Of a DNA stretch of 64,000 nucleotides, positions 47,001 to 57,000 are shown one piece after another. The stretch is from a virus. Lineage: Duplodnaviria > Caudoviricetes. The notes under the pieces were generated by a model. It worked only from the letters and a program-made list of their open reading frames with translations, made no database searches and had not been told where the DNA came from. The translations under genes and the position numbers were made by a program. Within the stretch, counting starts at the first letter, position 1. Each line of letters opens with the position of its first letter. Location: IMG/VR virus record IMGVR_UViG_3300037067_017690, positions 41,869-105,868 of that record. One strand, given 5' to 3'.

Positions 47001-50000
47001 GTATAAGTTAAAGAAGTAGGAGTGAAATTTCCAAATCTTGCATAAATAAATTTATTATTTGTATTATCATATCTTACAATAAATTGACCACTAATAAATG
47101 CAAAATCATCACCATTTACTATGAATTCATATGGATTAATTGAAAATGCAGATAAAATTCCAGAAACATTAATCACACCTATTTCTTTAGTTTTTGATGA
47201 CCAATTAGTACTTATTTGAGTTGTGGTTGCATAGTTATAAATCAGATTATTACTAGTATAAATAATTTCAGTTGTTTTATATTTATATGCACCAGTAATA
47301 TTTGCTCCAGTTATTGCAAAATTAGTAGAAGATAAATCTGTATAATCAATTCTTCTAATTAAATTTGTATAAATTATCCACATATAATCATCATCAACAG
47401 TTAAATTTACATAAGTTCCTGTGTATGGATATTGAGCAAAATTTCTAGACCATAACATATCAAGATTTTTTGTAAAACAACTAATTCTAGAACTATTGAT
47501 AGTAAAAACATGAGTTTGATTTTGTAAAATTTGCAGATCTTTAGAAAACAAATTATTTGAAGCAGTTATATAGCTGCTAATGCCAGTGTATTGAGAAGTA
47601 TTTGGACTATATGTAGAATTATTAATAATTGCAGATCTCATAAATAGCCAATGATTTGGGAATGTTTCAAAAGTAAAAACATCTTCAATAGTTCCAATTA
47701 CATCGAATCTAAATGTTTGTATTTTATTTTCATTATAAGAAATTGCGAATATCAATAAATCATATACATCATCATCTTCTGAAACACCAGGATTATTTGT
47801 TGAAGCAACATAAGCTTCAGGAATAAAATCGCAAATCATATCTTTTACAAATAAACCAGTTGAATGATTATAAATATGGATTAAATTATCACCAACTTCA
47901 TTAAATACTCGATAAGTTCCGTGAAATTGAGGTGGACCTTTAATAATTGCCCATAAATAGTAGCCATTATTAGTTGCAGGAATTGCCGATTTTAAGACAT
48001 GAGTATTTATTGATGTAGAATCTCCCAAATTAATTTCGAATACTATTTTATTATTGTCATCAATTCCGAAATAATTTGAACCATTTTTAATAATTCTTGT
48101 AGCAGGATATTTAAGTGGCAAATAAGAATCTTCGGAATAATCTTCATTATATAAAATCAATCGTTTATTAAAATAATCATATCCATAGAAATGAGATTCA
48201 TCTTCATAATGCAATTCTACAATTCTATCATTTTTTTCGGTATAAGTTAATCCCTGACCAGTATAAGAACAAAGCTGTTTTCTATTTGGATCAGATGTAA
48301 CACACATTGACCCGAAAGCTACTACATCAGCAACATAAAAATTATTTAATTGAATCAAATGAAACGTTTCTGTGCGAAATGATTCTTGTCCCTTATTATA
48401 ATAATAGAATTTTGTATCTCCAATATTGAATCCAACGATATAAGAAATTGATTCAGATATTTTTGTAAAATTATCAGTTGTATGAGTATTTCTAATAGTC
48501 GATAAATTATCATCAATAACTTTAACTACATTACCTTTTTTATCAAACAAATGTAAAAATCCATCTTTATAAAATGCATCATGAATATAATTATTGCCAA
48601 ATAAATGAAATCCTGGAAATCCAGCAAATACAATATCTTGATTATAGATTGTAACAGCACCTTGTTGAGTGATATAAAAATCTTTTGCACCTGATATAGT
48701 TTTATTCATTTCTAATTTTGTAATATTTTCAAAATTATTTTGTAATAAGAATACATTATCAGTCCATTGAATTTTATGCCCATCTTGCATTATTTTTACA
48801 TTATCATAATTGAAACTTTGGTAATATGGTTCAATTAAATTCCCTTCGAAAGAAACTCTATGAATTTTATCTTGTCCTGAATCATTAATATGAAAATAAA
48901 ATGCATCTGTTTTATCTTGTATTAAATCTGTTGTCCAAGATAAATTTGAACTGTTGAATATCGGAGTATTAATTCTTCTAGACGAAGGAGTTTCATCAAA
49001 ATGAATTTGATGAGGTAAATTTTGAGAAAAAATCACTCTTGATTCCATATAATCATTACATGCCTGAAGTGCGACACATGTCACTATAGATTCTCTTAAA
49101 TAAATTCCACCAATTGTATCTATTCTTAAATTCAAAATGGTTGATTTTTCAAAAGTGGAGCGAACTACAATTGATAAATTTTTATAATAAGGATCATATG
49201 CCATACCAACTATTGATTGACGAGATTCATCCCATACAGAAGTGTAAGAACGTACATTAATTTGCCCTAATTTAGAAGTTAATGTTGCATTAAATATTTC
49301 AATGCAACCGTTTCCGGAAGAGATAAAGGTATATCCCCTATCCTTATCAATTAAACAGTCGATACGATCTGTAGTAAACGTAGAACTTACCACACTAATA
49401 GTGTCTTGAGTTGTAGTATCATATTTTACTAAACCGAGACCAGTTCTTGAGAAAATAGCATAATTTCCAATAACAACATAATTTTCAGAAGCAACATTTG
49501 TAACTATTGAAGTAATTGAAGTAAAAATTTCATTTTCTTTTGGAATTGTATATCCTGACCCATCAATTAAAGCAAATCGTTCATGAATCATGAATATTTT
49601 TTCAAAAGCATGTGCAAAAAAAGTTGTATTTAAAGCCACAAATTTATTATTGGTAAAATCATAATTAAAAGTATGAAGTTCATATGAATATCCAATTTTT
49701 TTAGAAGTAGTAGAAGCCAAAATTCTAACATATTTTTGAGTTGTAGACAAACATGCTGCTTCTATAATATATCCATCAAAAACTGGATATCTTTCATGTG
49801 TCCAAAAACCCTGAACCCATGGATCTGGTTCATAAGTAATTTCTGTTCCATTATTAGGAGGATATACTTCTTGATTCCAAGATAATTGGTCCATTTGTCC
49901 ATTTCGACTAATGATAAAATATTTACTATGTCCTTCATTATGAAGAAGAAATAAATTACCAATACTATCAATTATATTTTTATTTCTATAGTCTTTAATA

Positions 50001-51730
50001 TTGATTTGTTCAGAATGAACAACATCATAATTATCATCTCTCCAAACATGAAAAGTAGAATTATCTATATCGTAAGTTAAAAATCTTCTAGTTTTATTAG
50101 ACCATTGAAGAATATCACAAGGTAATAAATAATAATAATCAATAGTTATTGTGCTTGTTTGAGGAATAGTTACATTGTAAATTCTTCCATCTGCTTTATC
50201 CATATTATATCGTCTGTCATATCTGTAATCAACAAGTAAAGATTTTGTTGGAACATCGGCAATATTAAATGTGATTCGAGTTTTTGTAGAACTTGGTTGT
50301 TGATTTTCAATTCTTACTTGCCCTTGAGCTGGCAATCCACTAACTTCGGTAAATGCAAATGGATGTGTATCTTTAAAAATCATTAATGTATTAGCTTCAA
50401 TATTATCATTGGCTAAAGAAAAAGTTAATCCTTGTCCATCAATAATTGCGATAGCAGATTCATTAGTAATAGTTGTTGATATAGTATCAAAACTAATTCC
50501 ACTGACTTTCAGATTTTGAAATGGGGCATCATTTACATGAAATGTAATTCTAGAATTTCCAGCAGATGGTAAATCATTTTCAATAAGAACTTGACCTTGA
50601 GTTGGTATCCCGGAAAAAATATTTGTAAATTCAAAAGGTTTATCATCTTTGAAAATACTTGATAATCCTTCATCTAAATCATCATAAGGTATTGTAAATA
50701 CTTTATTGGGTACTGTGATTATTCCGGTAGGAACTTCATTTGAGACAGAAATTCCTGAATGATGATAATTTACAATTAGTGAAGCAGTTGGAGCATCAAT
50801 AGGATTGAATTCTATTGTGCTTTGTCCAAGTGATGGATTATCAGAAATAAATCGAATTTCATTTTGATTTGGAGCATTTGAAGTTAATGCATAAGGAAAT
50901 ACAATCCCATCTTTTACAATTGTCAAAGTATTTAATTGAATTGTGTTACTTGCAATTGCAAATAAAATATTGATGCCATTAATATTACCAACAGGAATTT
51001 CATCAGTAACTATATTGTGATGGATATAAGAAATAGTAACAGAAGCTCTTGGCGCATCTGAAATATAAAATTGCAATTCTGTTTGTCCTGATCCAGGTTC
51101 ATTATCGCGAACCAATACTCTTCCTGCTTTTAATAAATCTAAATCTGTTATAGGAATAAATGTAAAAGGTGCTCCATCTTTAATAATAGAAATTGTATTA
51201 ATATCAATATAATTATTTTGAACAATGAACGCTCTATTAGGTGATGTAATTGTCCCAGAAGGTGTAATGTCCTGGTGAAAATTCTGAGAAATTATAACTT
51301 TTTGATAAGATGTTGTAATTGAAGCTGTCGGAGTATCTCCGGGATTAAAAATAATAGTAGATTTTCCTAATGGATTATTATCAATAAGATTAACGTGTCC
51401 AGCTAAAGGAATTGTCCAAACAGCAACATTAGAAACTACAAGAGATCTTGAACTTCCATCTATTATAAAAGTCATAGTTGACGCAATATCTTTATTATTT
51501 AATGTAAATGTAAGGAATCTTCCATCTATTAATGGTGTTGGAGTTTCAGCAAAAGAATTCAAGATTTCATATCTTGTTGATCCATTCTCTTTTAAAGTCC
51601 AATTATAAATATTTCGTTGTGTTAATTTGAAATGTCCATTTGTATTATAATAAGACCAATTTAAAGTTTCTGTAATTGGTCCAAATACTTCTGTGTATAC
51701 TGTTTTTAGAGTTTTGTTGAGTTCTGTCAT
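44072..51730 (-). CDS. Giant (2552 aa) putative tail-fibre/baseplate protein with N-terminal ~90-aa repeats
   Basis: Repeats ExPxGxIxxxNxxF...KDG..F...DAP..SL.V.Y; propeller-like middle; DTSKSWTVN modules; Ig-like end. Confidence 0.65.
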   Translation of the reverse strand: MTELNKTLKTVYTEVFGPITETLNWSYYNTNGHFKLTQRNIYNWTLKENGSTRYEILNSFAETPTPLIDGRFLTFTLNNKDIASTMTFIIDGSSRSLVVSNVAVWTIPLAGHVNLIDNNPLGKSTIIFNPGDTPTASITTSYQKVIISQNFHQDITPSGTITSPNRAFIVQNNYIDINTISIIKDGAPFTFIPITDLDLLKAGRVLVRDNEPGSGQTELQFYISDAPRASVTISYIHHNIVTDEIPVGNINGINILFAIASNTIQLNTLTIVKDGIVFPYALTSNAPNQNEIRFISDNPSLGQSTIEFNPIDAPTASLIVNYHHSGISVSNEVPTGIITVPNKVFTIPYDDLDEGLSSIFKDDKPFEFTNIFSGIPTQGQVLIENDLPSAGNSRITFHVNDAPFQNLKVSGISFDTISTTITNESAIAIIDGQGLTFSLANDNIEANTLMIFKDTHPFAFTEVSGLPAQGQVRIENQQPSSTKTRITFNIADVPTKSLLVDYRYDRRYNMDKADGRIYNVTIPQTSTITIDYYYLLPCDILQWSNKTRRFLTYDIDNSTFHVWRDDNYDVVHSEQINIKDYRNKNIIDSIGNLFLLHNEGHSKYFIISRNGQMDQLSWNQEVYPPNNGTEITYEPDPWVQGFWTHERYPVFDGYIIEAACLSTTQKYVRILASTTSKKIGYSYELHTFNYDFTNNKFVALNTTFFAHAFEKIFMIHERFALIDGSGYTIPKENEIFTSITSIVTNVASENYVVIGNYAIFSRTGLGLVKYDTTTQDTISVVSSTFTTDRIDCLIDKDRGYTFISSGNGCIEIFNATLTSKLGQINVRSYTSVWDESRQSIVGMAYDPYYKNLSIVVRSTFEKSTILNLRIDTIGGIYLRESIVTCVALQACNDYMESRVIFSQNLPHQIHFDETPSSRRINTPIFNSSNLSWTTDLIQDKTDAFYFHINDSGQDKIHRVSFEGNLIEPYYQSFNYDNVKIMQDGHKIQWTDNVFLLQNNFENITKLEMNKTISGAKDFYITQQGAVTIYNQDIVFAGFPGFHLFGNNYIHDAFYKDGFLHLFDKKGNVVKVIDDNLSTIRNTHTTDNFTKISESISYIVGFNIGDTKFYYYNKGQESFRTETFHLIQLNNFYVADVVAFGSMCVTSDPNRKQLCSYTGQGLTYTEKNDRIVELHYEDESHFYGYDYFNKRLILYNEDYSEDSYLPLKYPATRIIKNGSNYFGIDDNNKIVFEINLGDSTSINTHVLKSAIPATNNGYYLWAIIKGPPQFHGTYRVFNEVGDNLIHIYNHSTGLFVKDMICDFIPEAYVASTNNPGVSEDDDVYDLLIFAISYNENKIQTFRFDVIGTIEDVFTFETFPNHWLFMRSAIINNSTYSPNTSQYTGISSYITASNNLFSKDLQILQNQTHVFTINSSRISCFTKNLDMLWSRNFAQYPYTGTYVNLTVDDDYMWIIYTNLIRRIDYTDLSSTNFAITGANITGAYKYKTTEIIYTSNNLIYNYATTTQISTNWSSKTKEIGVINVSGILSAFSINPYEFIVNGDDFAFISGQFIVRYDNTNNKFIYARFGNFTPTSLTYTGTEIEFICNDTYYKVNHTMSVILDFTNITGTYTDPFDSNTISNINGVNLADTSKSWTVNEFTGKYVSIEFKKNRIGEYILNNTNNILALQNSSITWTLNCSYQIVINYGQPSQQVVDSGTATVVGSTLTDTIKTWTVNGQTGRTVLLDFGYGSTIDVIINSNTSTTLTLASIPVNSLHPSYYIIDSFEQMNTGNFVGITKNASTTFLMTKNYIKNLTNKRNYRPIGVIKKAIVDNVNSDIMYYYDLYSEKIFKTTISTWPRINRTKSYMITNTYAGNLEFTFDGMNLSYRIAANALETIRWSDFSSYQKTFNFFTNIHLKERINTIGTIFIADDAKNLYVYDETNANELKIFDFEKSFIYCKKVFNSTSIYNFETGMLHELDLATKQGSSKLFFAENYLNTGEILSLKHRIFNPSINIFQALSDDGIDLKLLEFNTSTETFARTTLINNLPAAIKDTHQINTDRFIRTETNKLYQFSGNTFSEFDSNLFNVISIYVNKIIDEYIILYQSNTGDLMYRVGDNSTYTTRTLTGNWPITLAQFAVIDNLNVVISNSAGDLFIGEKSTGTLKKILNLSNISAFEYAYIFGGKIYYVDIQTTLVNYRTIRFDQALENENNLFNIPITVGYNIKDAEFYAGQLILLCENQRMIFIDNNTVQTTVNMGEDFDYIKKYRMNVFFLRSDKIVRLNVVTKAFSHGLDYSSIEKIEFWNGDIWLLVNSGNIDILNTNNLAAIDSLSLSGTSKDVIVKDKFLFTIDDTKIYTYTWDRIGNDITITEICNENFIADKLYDGDGKESCLALKSNGMWRYGFKANRPFMAFADFAEPGYLEFHSGQGSPAIPDSWEIYWDFDEVKKRMYHKTDYFSEEKAISISVKDRFGNNVPKATVECYIGNGYYSVTLDRNDAQSSPGKHKTWQQNWLGNMKGWRYDPTTYHDGEITHYGHWEENQDTEWSKTFYLDRWPDHQMHFIAIAYRSRKVM

Positions 51731-51735
51731 AATGA

Positions 51736-51742
51736 AATTTTA
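51736..51742 (-). promoter_or_regulatory. Putative late promoter TAAAATT, 5 nt before ATG
   Basis: Motif and spacing conserved. Confidence 0.6.
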
Positions 51743-51840
51743 ATTGTCATTTTAAATTATTCTGTGAACAATTATTTTAAAGATTTAAACCTCATTTATC
51801 CATAAAAAGGGTATTTCTTAATAGAAGAAGGAGAAATTAA

Positions 51841-51993
51841 ATGACAGTTGGTAAATTATGGCAAGAATTAATGAATTTAAATTCTGAAAAAGCTAGATTT
51901 GTAATGATGAATCTATTCGAAGTTACTCAGAATGAACTTACTCAATTTTTATCAGAAAATAAAGATGTAAAAATTATCTTAGAGAAAAAATAG
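51841..51993 (+). CDS. Small hypothetical protein (50 aa)
   Basis: AAGGAG SD and GGTAT motif upstream. Confidence 0.55.
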   Translation: MTVGKLWQELMNLNSEKARFVMMNLFEVTQNELTQFLSENKDVKIILEKK

Positions 51994-52019
51994 GCCATCC
52001 TTTTTCTAAAGATAGCCTA
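51991..52019. terminator. Possible hairpin/terminator between convergent small genes
   Basis: TAGGCcATC...GATaGCCTA imperfect inverted repeat. Confidence 0.35.
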
Positions 52020-52025
52020 AGTAAA

Positions 52026-52157
52026 TTATTTTTTCTTTATGTTTGGAACATTTGCTCTATTTTTTAATTGTAAAACAATTGGTTCTGTTCCACCTTCTTT
52101 TTTAGAAACATTTTTAATTTTTGCATTTATAGGTGTTGATTTCTTTTTAAAAGCCAT
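52026..52157 (-). CDS. Small basic protein (43 aa)
   Basis: MAFKKKSTPINAK...; AAGGAGG SD. Confidence 0.6.
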   Translation of the reverse strand: MAFKKKSTPINAKIKNVSKKEGGTEPIVLQLKNRANVPNIKKK

Positions 52158-52185
52158 TTTAATCCTCCTTAAAATTTATTTATCA

Positions 52186-52668
52186 TTAAATAATTAAAAA
52201 TAATTTTAAATCAGAATTCAAATTTAATGACTTTTTGTGTTTGATATTCAAAATAGATCTTCGATGATTAATCAATGCTCTGTAAACTTCGTGATTAGAA
52301 TTCATTTCAATAGGAATACATTCTAAAATTATCTCATCCTTTACTTTGTAAAAATCACCTAATTCAACTCTGTTTTCAACTATTGAGTAAATCGCAGATT
52401 TTGTGAATACAATTGTGTAAATTTTTATAGAATCTTCATCTATATAAGCAAAATGCATCTTTTCAAAACCATCTGGTGTTTTTGTTAGTTTAATATCAAT
52501 GTGATTATCTTTCAATATTTGAAATAGGGATTCTTTGTTTAAAAAATCATTTGTGGGTTCACTGTAAATATTCAATGATAATAGAAAATAATCACAATGT
52601 ATTTCATGAATAGAAGATAGAATGAAAGGTATAAAATGTAAAGGGTATAATACATCATGGACATTCAA
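52186..52668 (-). CDS. Hypothetical protein
   Basis: ORF track; start uncertain. Confidence 0.4.
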   Translation of the reverse strand: MNVHDVLYPLHFIPFILSSIHEIHCDYFLLSLNIYSEPTNDFLNKESLFQILKDNHIDIKLTKTPDGFEKMHFAYIDEDSIKIYTIVFTKSAIYSIVENRVELGDFYKVKDEIILECIPIEMNSNHEVYRALINHRRSILNIKHKKSLNLNSDLKLFLII

Positions 52669-52688
52669 TTTCTCATTGAAAGGATAAT

Positions 52689-54533
52689 ATGAATACTATT
52701 TGTCTTATTTGTAAAAAAGAAGTAAAGGGAAAATGGTTTTGTTCTAAAGAATGTAGAAGTTCAGAATTAGGTCGTAAAATAATTTACGAAAGGAAACAAG
52801 CTAAGTGGAGAATTACATTGGGGACAGATAATCCTCAAAAATTAAAATCTGTTCGTGAAAAAACTAAACAAAAAAATCTGGATACATGTGGACATACATG
52901 CAATTTGCATTCCGAGGATGGCATAAAAAAGAAACAAGCTACTTGGGAAGCTAAATACGGTGAAGGTATAACTAATCCAATGCAAGCCGAATCGGCGAAG
53001 AAAAAAGCACAAAATAAATGTGAGGAAAACACAGGCTATAGAAATCCTCAACAATGTCCTTCGATTCGTAAAAAAACAGAAAATAAATGTATAGAAATAT
53101 ATGGATATAAAAGTCCTTTAGGCTCTCCGATTATCCAACAAAAAATTACAGAAACGAATAATAAAGTTCATCATGGCCCAAGACCTGCATGTGATCCTAC
53201 TGTAAAAGAAAAAATGAAAAAAACATGCGAGAAAAAATATAATGGTTCTAGTCCTAGTGCTTCTCCAGAAGTAAAAAATAAAGCAAAAGTGCATTGGAAT
53301 GGAGAAAATTCGCCATTTTGTTTACCAGAAATTAAAGAAAAAATTGTTAAAAAAAATATAGATAATTTAGGTGTCCCAAATCCATTTATGTCACAAACTA
53401 TTCAAAATCAAATTAAAGCACATAATCTAAAAACATTAGGTCATGAGAATCCATTTGGATCATCAATTATTCAAGAAAAAATTAATCAATTTTGGAAAAA
53501 TAATCCTGATAAATTCGAAGCAAAAATAACAAAAATGACTCGCACAAAATTTGATATTTATTATAAACAATATTTAATAGACATGAAGATAGTAAAACCA
53601 TTATTCGATATAAATGAATATAAAGGAAGTAATTTTGCATATAAATGGCTGTGTTTAGGATGTAATTTAGAATTTACAGATTATATAATCCCTAGATGTT
53701 TAAATTGTTTTCCAATTACAACTGGAACTTCTTTTGCTGAGCAAAAACTCCAAAAATGGTTAGAATCATATATTGAAATTAAACGTAATAAAAGATATTT
53801 CGAAGGCTTTAGAAAATATAAATATGAACTTGATGTTTTGGTTCCATCAAAAAATATTGGAATTGAATATGATGGTTTATATTATCATTCAGAAATCAGA
53901 GGATGTAAATATCCATATTACCATTTAAATAAATCAGATTATTTTTTTAAAAATAAAAATATTTTTGTAATTCATATTTTTGAATCAGAATGGCTTCATA
54001 AACAAGAAATTGTTAAATCATTAATTTCGAGAGAATTAAATTTGATTGAAAATAAAATTGATTCAGTAGATTGTGTCTTAAAGAAAATCTCATCAGAAGA
54101 ATCTAATAAATTTTTAGAAAAAAATCATATTCAAGGATCTTGTAAATCAAATAAACAATTAGGGTTGTTTTATAATCAAGAATTAATATCTGTGTTAGTT
54201 TTGAAAGATAATGAAATCTTGAGATATGGAGATAAATTAAATCTAGAAGTAATTGGAAGTTTTGAAAAATTCTTAAAAGAAATTTTAGGATCTGTAATTA
54301 TCAAAATTGATAGAAGATTCGAAAGTGGAAATTTTTATCTGAAAAATAATTTTGAATTGATAGATATGCTTTCACCAAAATCATTTTATACCAACTACAA
54401 TTTCTTTTCTTCAAAAATTTTAGATTTTAAAATGAAATCTTATAATCCTCTTAATTCTGATTTAGAAAATATTCTAAATAATAAATTAGATCGTATCTGG
54501 GATTGTGGTCAATTAATTTTAAGTCGTAAGTAA
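52689..54533 (+). CDS. Putative homing endonuclease (Zn ribbon + KxxxxxxYG repeats + Vsr/DUF559-like nuclease, Hef-like C-terminus)
   Basis: CLIC...FCSKEC; degenerate repeats; SFAEQ...YELDVLVP...IGIEYDGLYYH...IHIFESEW; FLEKNHIQG; RIWDCG; inserted antisense among structural genes. Confidence 0.8.
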   Translation: MNTICLICKKEVKGKWFCSKECRSSELGRKIIYERKQAKWRITLGTDNPQKLKSVREKTKQKNLDTCGHTCNLHSEDGIKKKQATWEAKYGEGITNPMQAESAKKKAQNKCEENTGYRNPQQCPSIRKKTENKCIEIYGYKSPLGSPIIQQKITETNNKVHHGPRPACDPTVKEKMKKTCEKKYNGSSPSASPEVKNKAKVHWNGENSPFCLPEIKEKIVKKNIDNLGVPNPFMSQTIQNQIKAHNLKTLGHENPFGSSIIQEKINQFWKNNPDKFEAKITKMTRTKFDIYYKQYLIDMKIVKPLFDINEYKGSNFAYKWLCLGCNLEFTDYIIPRCLNCFPITTGTSFAEQKLQKWLESYIEIKRNKRYFEGFRKYKYELDVLVPSKNIGIEYDGLYYHSEIRGCKYPYYHLNKSDYFFKNKNIFVIHIFESEWLHKQEIVKSLISRELNLIENKIDSVDCVLKKISSEESNKFLEKNHIQGSCKSNKQLGLFYNQELISVLVLKDNEILRYGDKLNLEVIGSFEKFLKEILGSVIIKIDRRFESGNFYLKNNFELIDMLSPKSFYTNYNFFSSKILDFKMKSYNPLNSDLENILNNKLDRIWDCGQLILSRK

Positions 54534-54540
54534 TTGCGGA

Positions 54541-56544
54541 TCAAATAGTTGCAGCTACATAAACAAACACTTGCCCGGGACTAATAACTGTAAATGAAGG
54601 TTGTTCTTCGGATCCCCCAGCAGAAGTTCTTCTGGCTTTACCAGATGCATTAGTCCAGTATGTAAACGTCGGGCGGTTTGTAGTTCCGCCCGTTGTGGTT
54701 ACGACCACCTGAACGTCTTCGAGCGGATTATTATCCGGATCATAAACCCAGATGTCGCAATAAATTTGATGCCCTTGTCCTCCAGGGTTGACGAAATTAA
54801 ATGAACCTCCATAATTCATGAATGCAGTAACACTTCCTCCAGGAGGATTGTAACGTTCATAAACATGAATATAGATTTTCATATTTGAATAATAATCGAA
54901 GAAATGCAATTCAATTGGTGTAGGTTCTGATACATAGGCAACCTGACGAATGAAATTCATAAAAGCAATTTTTCCAGTAGTAGAAGTTTTATAAGATTCT
55001 ACAGGATTTGCAGTACTTCCAGAATAGTCATAAACAATATTATCATGATCTGTATTATTTAAACAAACCAAGAATTTTTTATGATAATAATCCCAACTAG
55101 AATCCATATATTCGTATGAGCTATAAATATGCCATAATTGAGATCCACCAGCAGGATAAGTAGCTCTATCATAGAGATAGATATCATTTTGAAGAACCAC
55201 AGGAATATAATTATTTTGATCATCATATTCATAGACATTAAATTTTTGAAGAACTTCGTAAGTAGAAGTCCCATCTGGAATTATCCAGAAATTTATTTCC
55301 ACTGTAATATCACCAGTTGATGAATTTCCTGCAATTTTTCTTACTTGTCCGACACCAGTACCAGCGGAAATTCTTACATAATTACCTTTGAATTGATCTA
55401 ATGTCCAAGATTTAACATCTGATATTGTAGAAGCTGTAGCACTATCTACTTGACCAGTTTCCATTACATTATTGATTGCTAATTGCGATTTTGCTCCAGT
55501 TGTAACAAGCATTCTTCCAATTGTAGTACTAGAATTTGTTGTATCGATATAATGAATACAATCTGATGAAGAATTAGATCCGATGAAAAACATTTTTCGA
55601 TCTACAAAATAATTGACAAAGGAAGTGCTATAAATTTCGTATTGAGTAGTATTAGTTGGAATTGCCACATTGAATTTTTGCCACCCAACAGTAAGTGTAT
55701 TTGCTGTATTTGCTGTAATAATTCTTATTTGACCAACACCAGTACCAGAAACTAATCGACATAAACGTCCGACATGAACATTTGTAGTCCAAGATTTAGA
55801 TGTATCTTCTAAAGTATTTAATGTGGAACCCGAAGTAGCAGTTCCAGAATCAACAATTGTTCCTGTTTGTTGAAAAATACCAGTATCTACAGAATAGGTA
55901 AGAATTCCATGATTATTTAATCCATCGCACATTACATATAAAACTTTTCTGTAAGGATCAGCAACACAATTAACAAAGCCATAATCAGAAACTTGTGGTC
56001 CAGTTGGATACACAGCAGTAGAATATTCTCTTGTATTTTCCCAAAGTGCAACAAAAGTTCTATCTACTATATCGAGAGCAATAATGTAATCGTAAGAAAC
56101 ATAATTTCCAGAAGAATTATTGAAATAAACTTTTGATGAAATCCAATACACTAAACGATTAGCTAAATCAAGACATTGAGCTTTGATACTCGAATTATTT
56201 GGAAAATAATTTACACCTAATGATGGGAATCTAGTAATTTGAGAAGTTTTCTGCGAGGGAGAATTCGGTGACGTTGTATCCCATGCCTGAAAACTTCCAC
56301 TTAGAGGATTTGCTAAAAATAACATATGAGATACAGGATCGATTAACATTCCCACATCTTTTGTAATTCCTCCGGGACCATTGATTGTAGATAATGCAGA
56401 AGATGTAGAAAAACTATCAAGATTTAAAAGTGTTACAGTATTACTATCACTATATGAAGCAAATAGAACTCCATTGGATAGATCTTTTTGATAGCCATTT
56501 AGAGTACCAGCTAGCACACTCGAGTCAAAATTTCCTGAAGGCAT
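54541..56544 (-). CDS. Putative tail fibre/virion protein with two SGTAT/GTGVGQxR modules and Ig-like end
   Basis: VDSGTATSG...SGTGVGQIR, AGTGVGQVR; VYDPDNNPLEDVQV...TNASG. Confidence 0.65.
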   Translation of the reverse strand: MPSGNFDSSVLAGTLNGYQKDLSNGVLFASYSDSNTVTLLNLDSFSTSSALSTINGPGGITKDVGMLIDPVSHMLFLANPLSGSFQAWDTTSPNSPSQKTSQITRFPSLGVNYFPNNSSIKAQCLDLANRLVYWISSKVYFNNSSGNYVSYDYIIALDIVDRTFVALWENTREYSTAVYPTGPQVSDYGFVNCVADPYRKVLYVMCDGLNNHGILTYSVDTGIFQQTGTIVDSGTATSGSTLNTLEDTSKSWTTNVHVGRLCRLVSGTGVGQIRIITANTANTLTVGWQKFNVAIPTNTTQYEIYSTSFVNYFVDRKMFFIGSNSSSDCIHYIDTTNSSTTIGRMLVTTGAKSQLAINNVMETGQVDSATASTISDVKSWTLDQFKGNYVRISAGTGVGQVRKIAGNSSTGDITVEINFWIIPDGTSTYEVLQKFNVYEYDDQNNYIPVVLQNDIYLYDRATYPAGGSQLWHIYSSYEYMDSSWDYYHKKFLVCLNNTDHDNIVYDYSGSTANPVESYKTSTTGKIAFMNFIRQVAYVSEPTPIELHFFDYYSNMKIYIHVYERYNPPGGSVTAFMNYGGSFNFVNPGGQGHQIYCDIWVYDPDNNPLEDVQVVVTTTGGTTNRPTFTYWTNASGKARRTSAGGSEEQPSFTVISPGQVFVYVAATI

Positions 56545-56571
56545 ATATAAATTCTCCTATTGAGAAAAATT

Positions 56572-56895
56572 TTAATTTCTTTTTATAATATTATCCAAAT
56601 ATTGAATAATCTCAATTAAAATTTTCTTTATATCATATTTGTTAAAATCTATCATTAGAGATATATCATTCGCTACAATTTCATCTTTTACAAATCCACG
56701 TTCACAATAACTAAGAACATATTTTCCGAATTTTCCATATAATATTGGTAATGATGCAACTTTATCGGAAAGATTCAGACGATGAATTTCTTTTATTTTC
56801 TGAATTAATTTCATAATTTCATTTTTATACTGATTTAGAATATCCATAGTAGTTAATTCTTCTATGGCTTTTTTAATCATTTGTGAAATGTTCAT
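56572..56895 (-). CDS. Hypothetical protein with K-x-A leader (MNISQMIKKA)
   Basis: 107 aa, AAGGAG SD, TAAAATT upstream. Confidence 0.6.
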   Translation of the reverse strand: MNISQMIKKAIEELTTMDILNQYKNEIMKLIQKIKEIHRLNLSDKVASLPILYGKFGKYVLSYCERGFVKDEIVANDISLMIDFNKYDIKKILIEIIQYLDNIIKRN

Positions 56896-57000
56896 ATTTC
56901 ACTCCTTATATTTTGTAAAATTTTAACCTTGTATAAAAAATATTCTGATACTTAAAGATTGATCTCCATTATTGCACCAAAAAAGAAAATCTCTTCTTTC

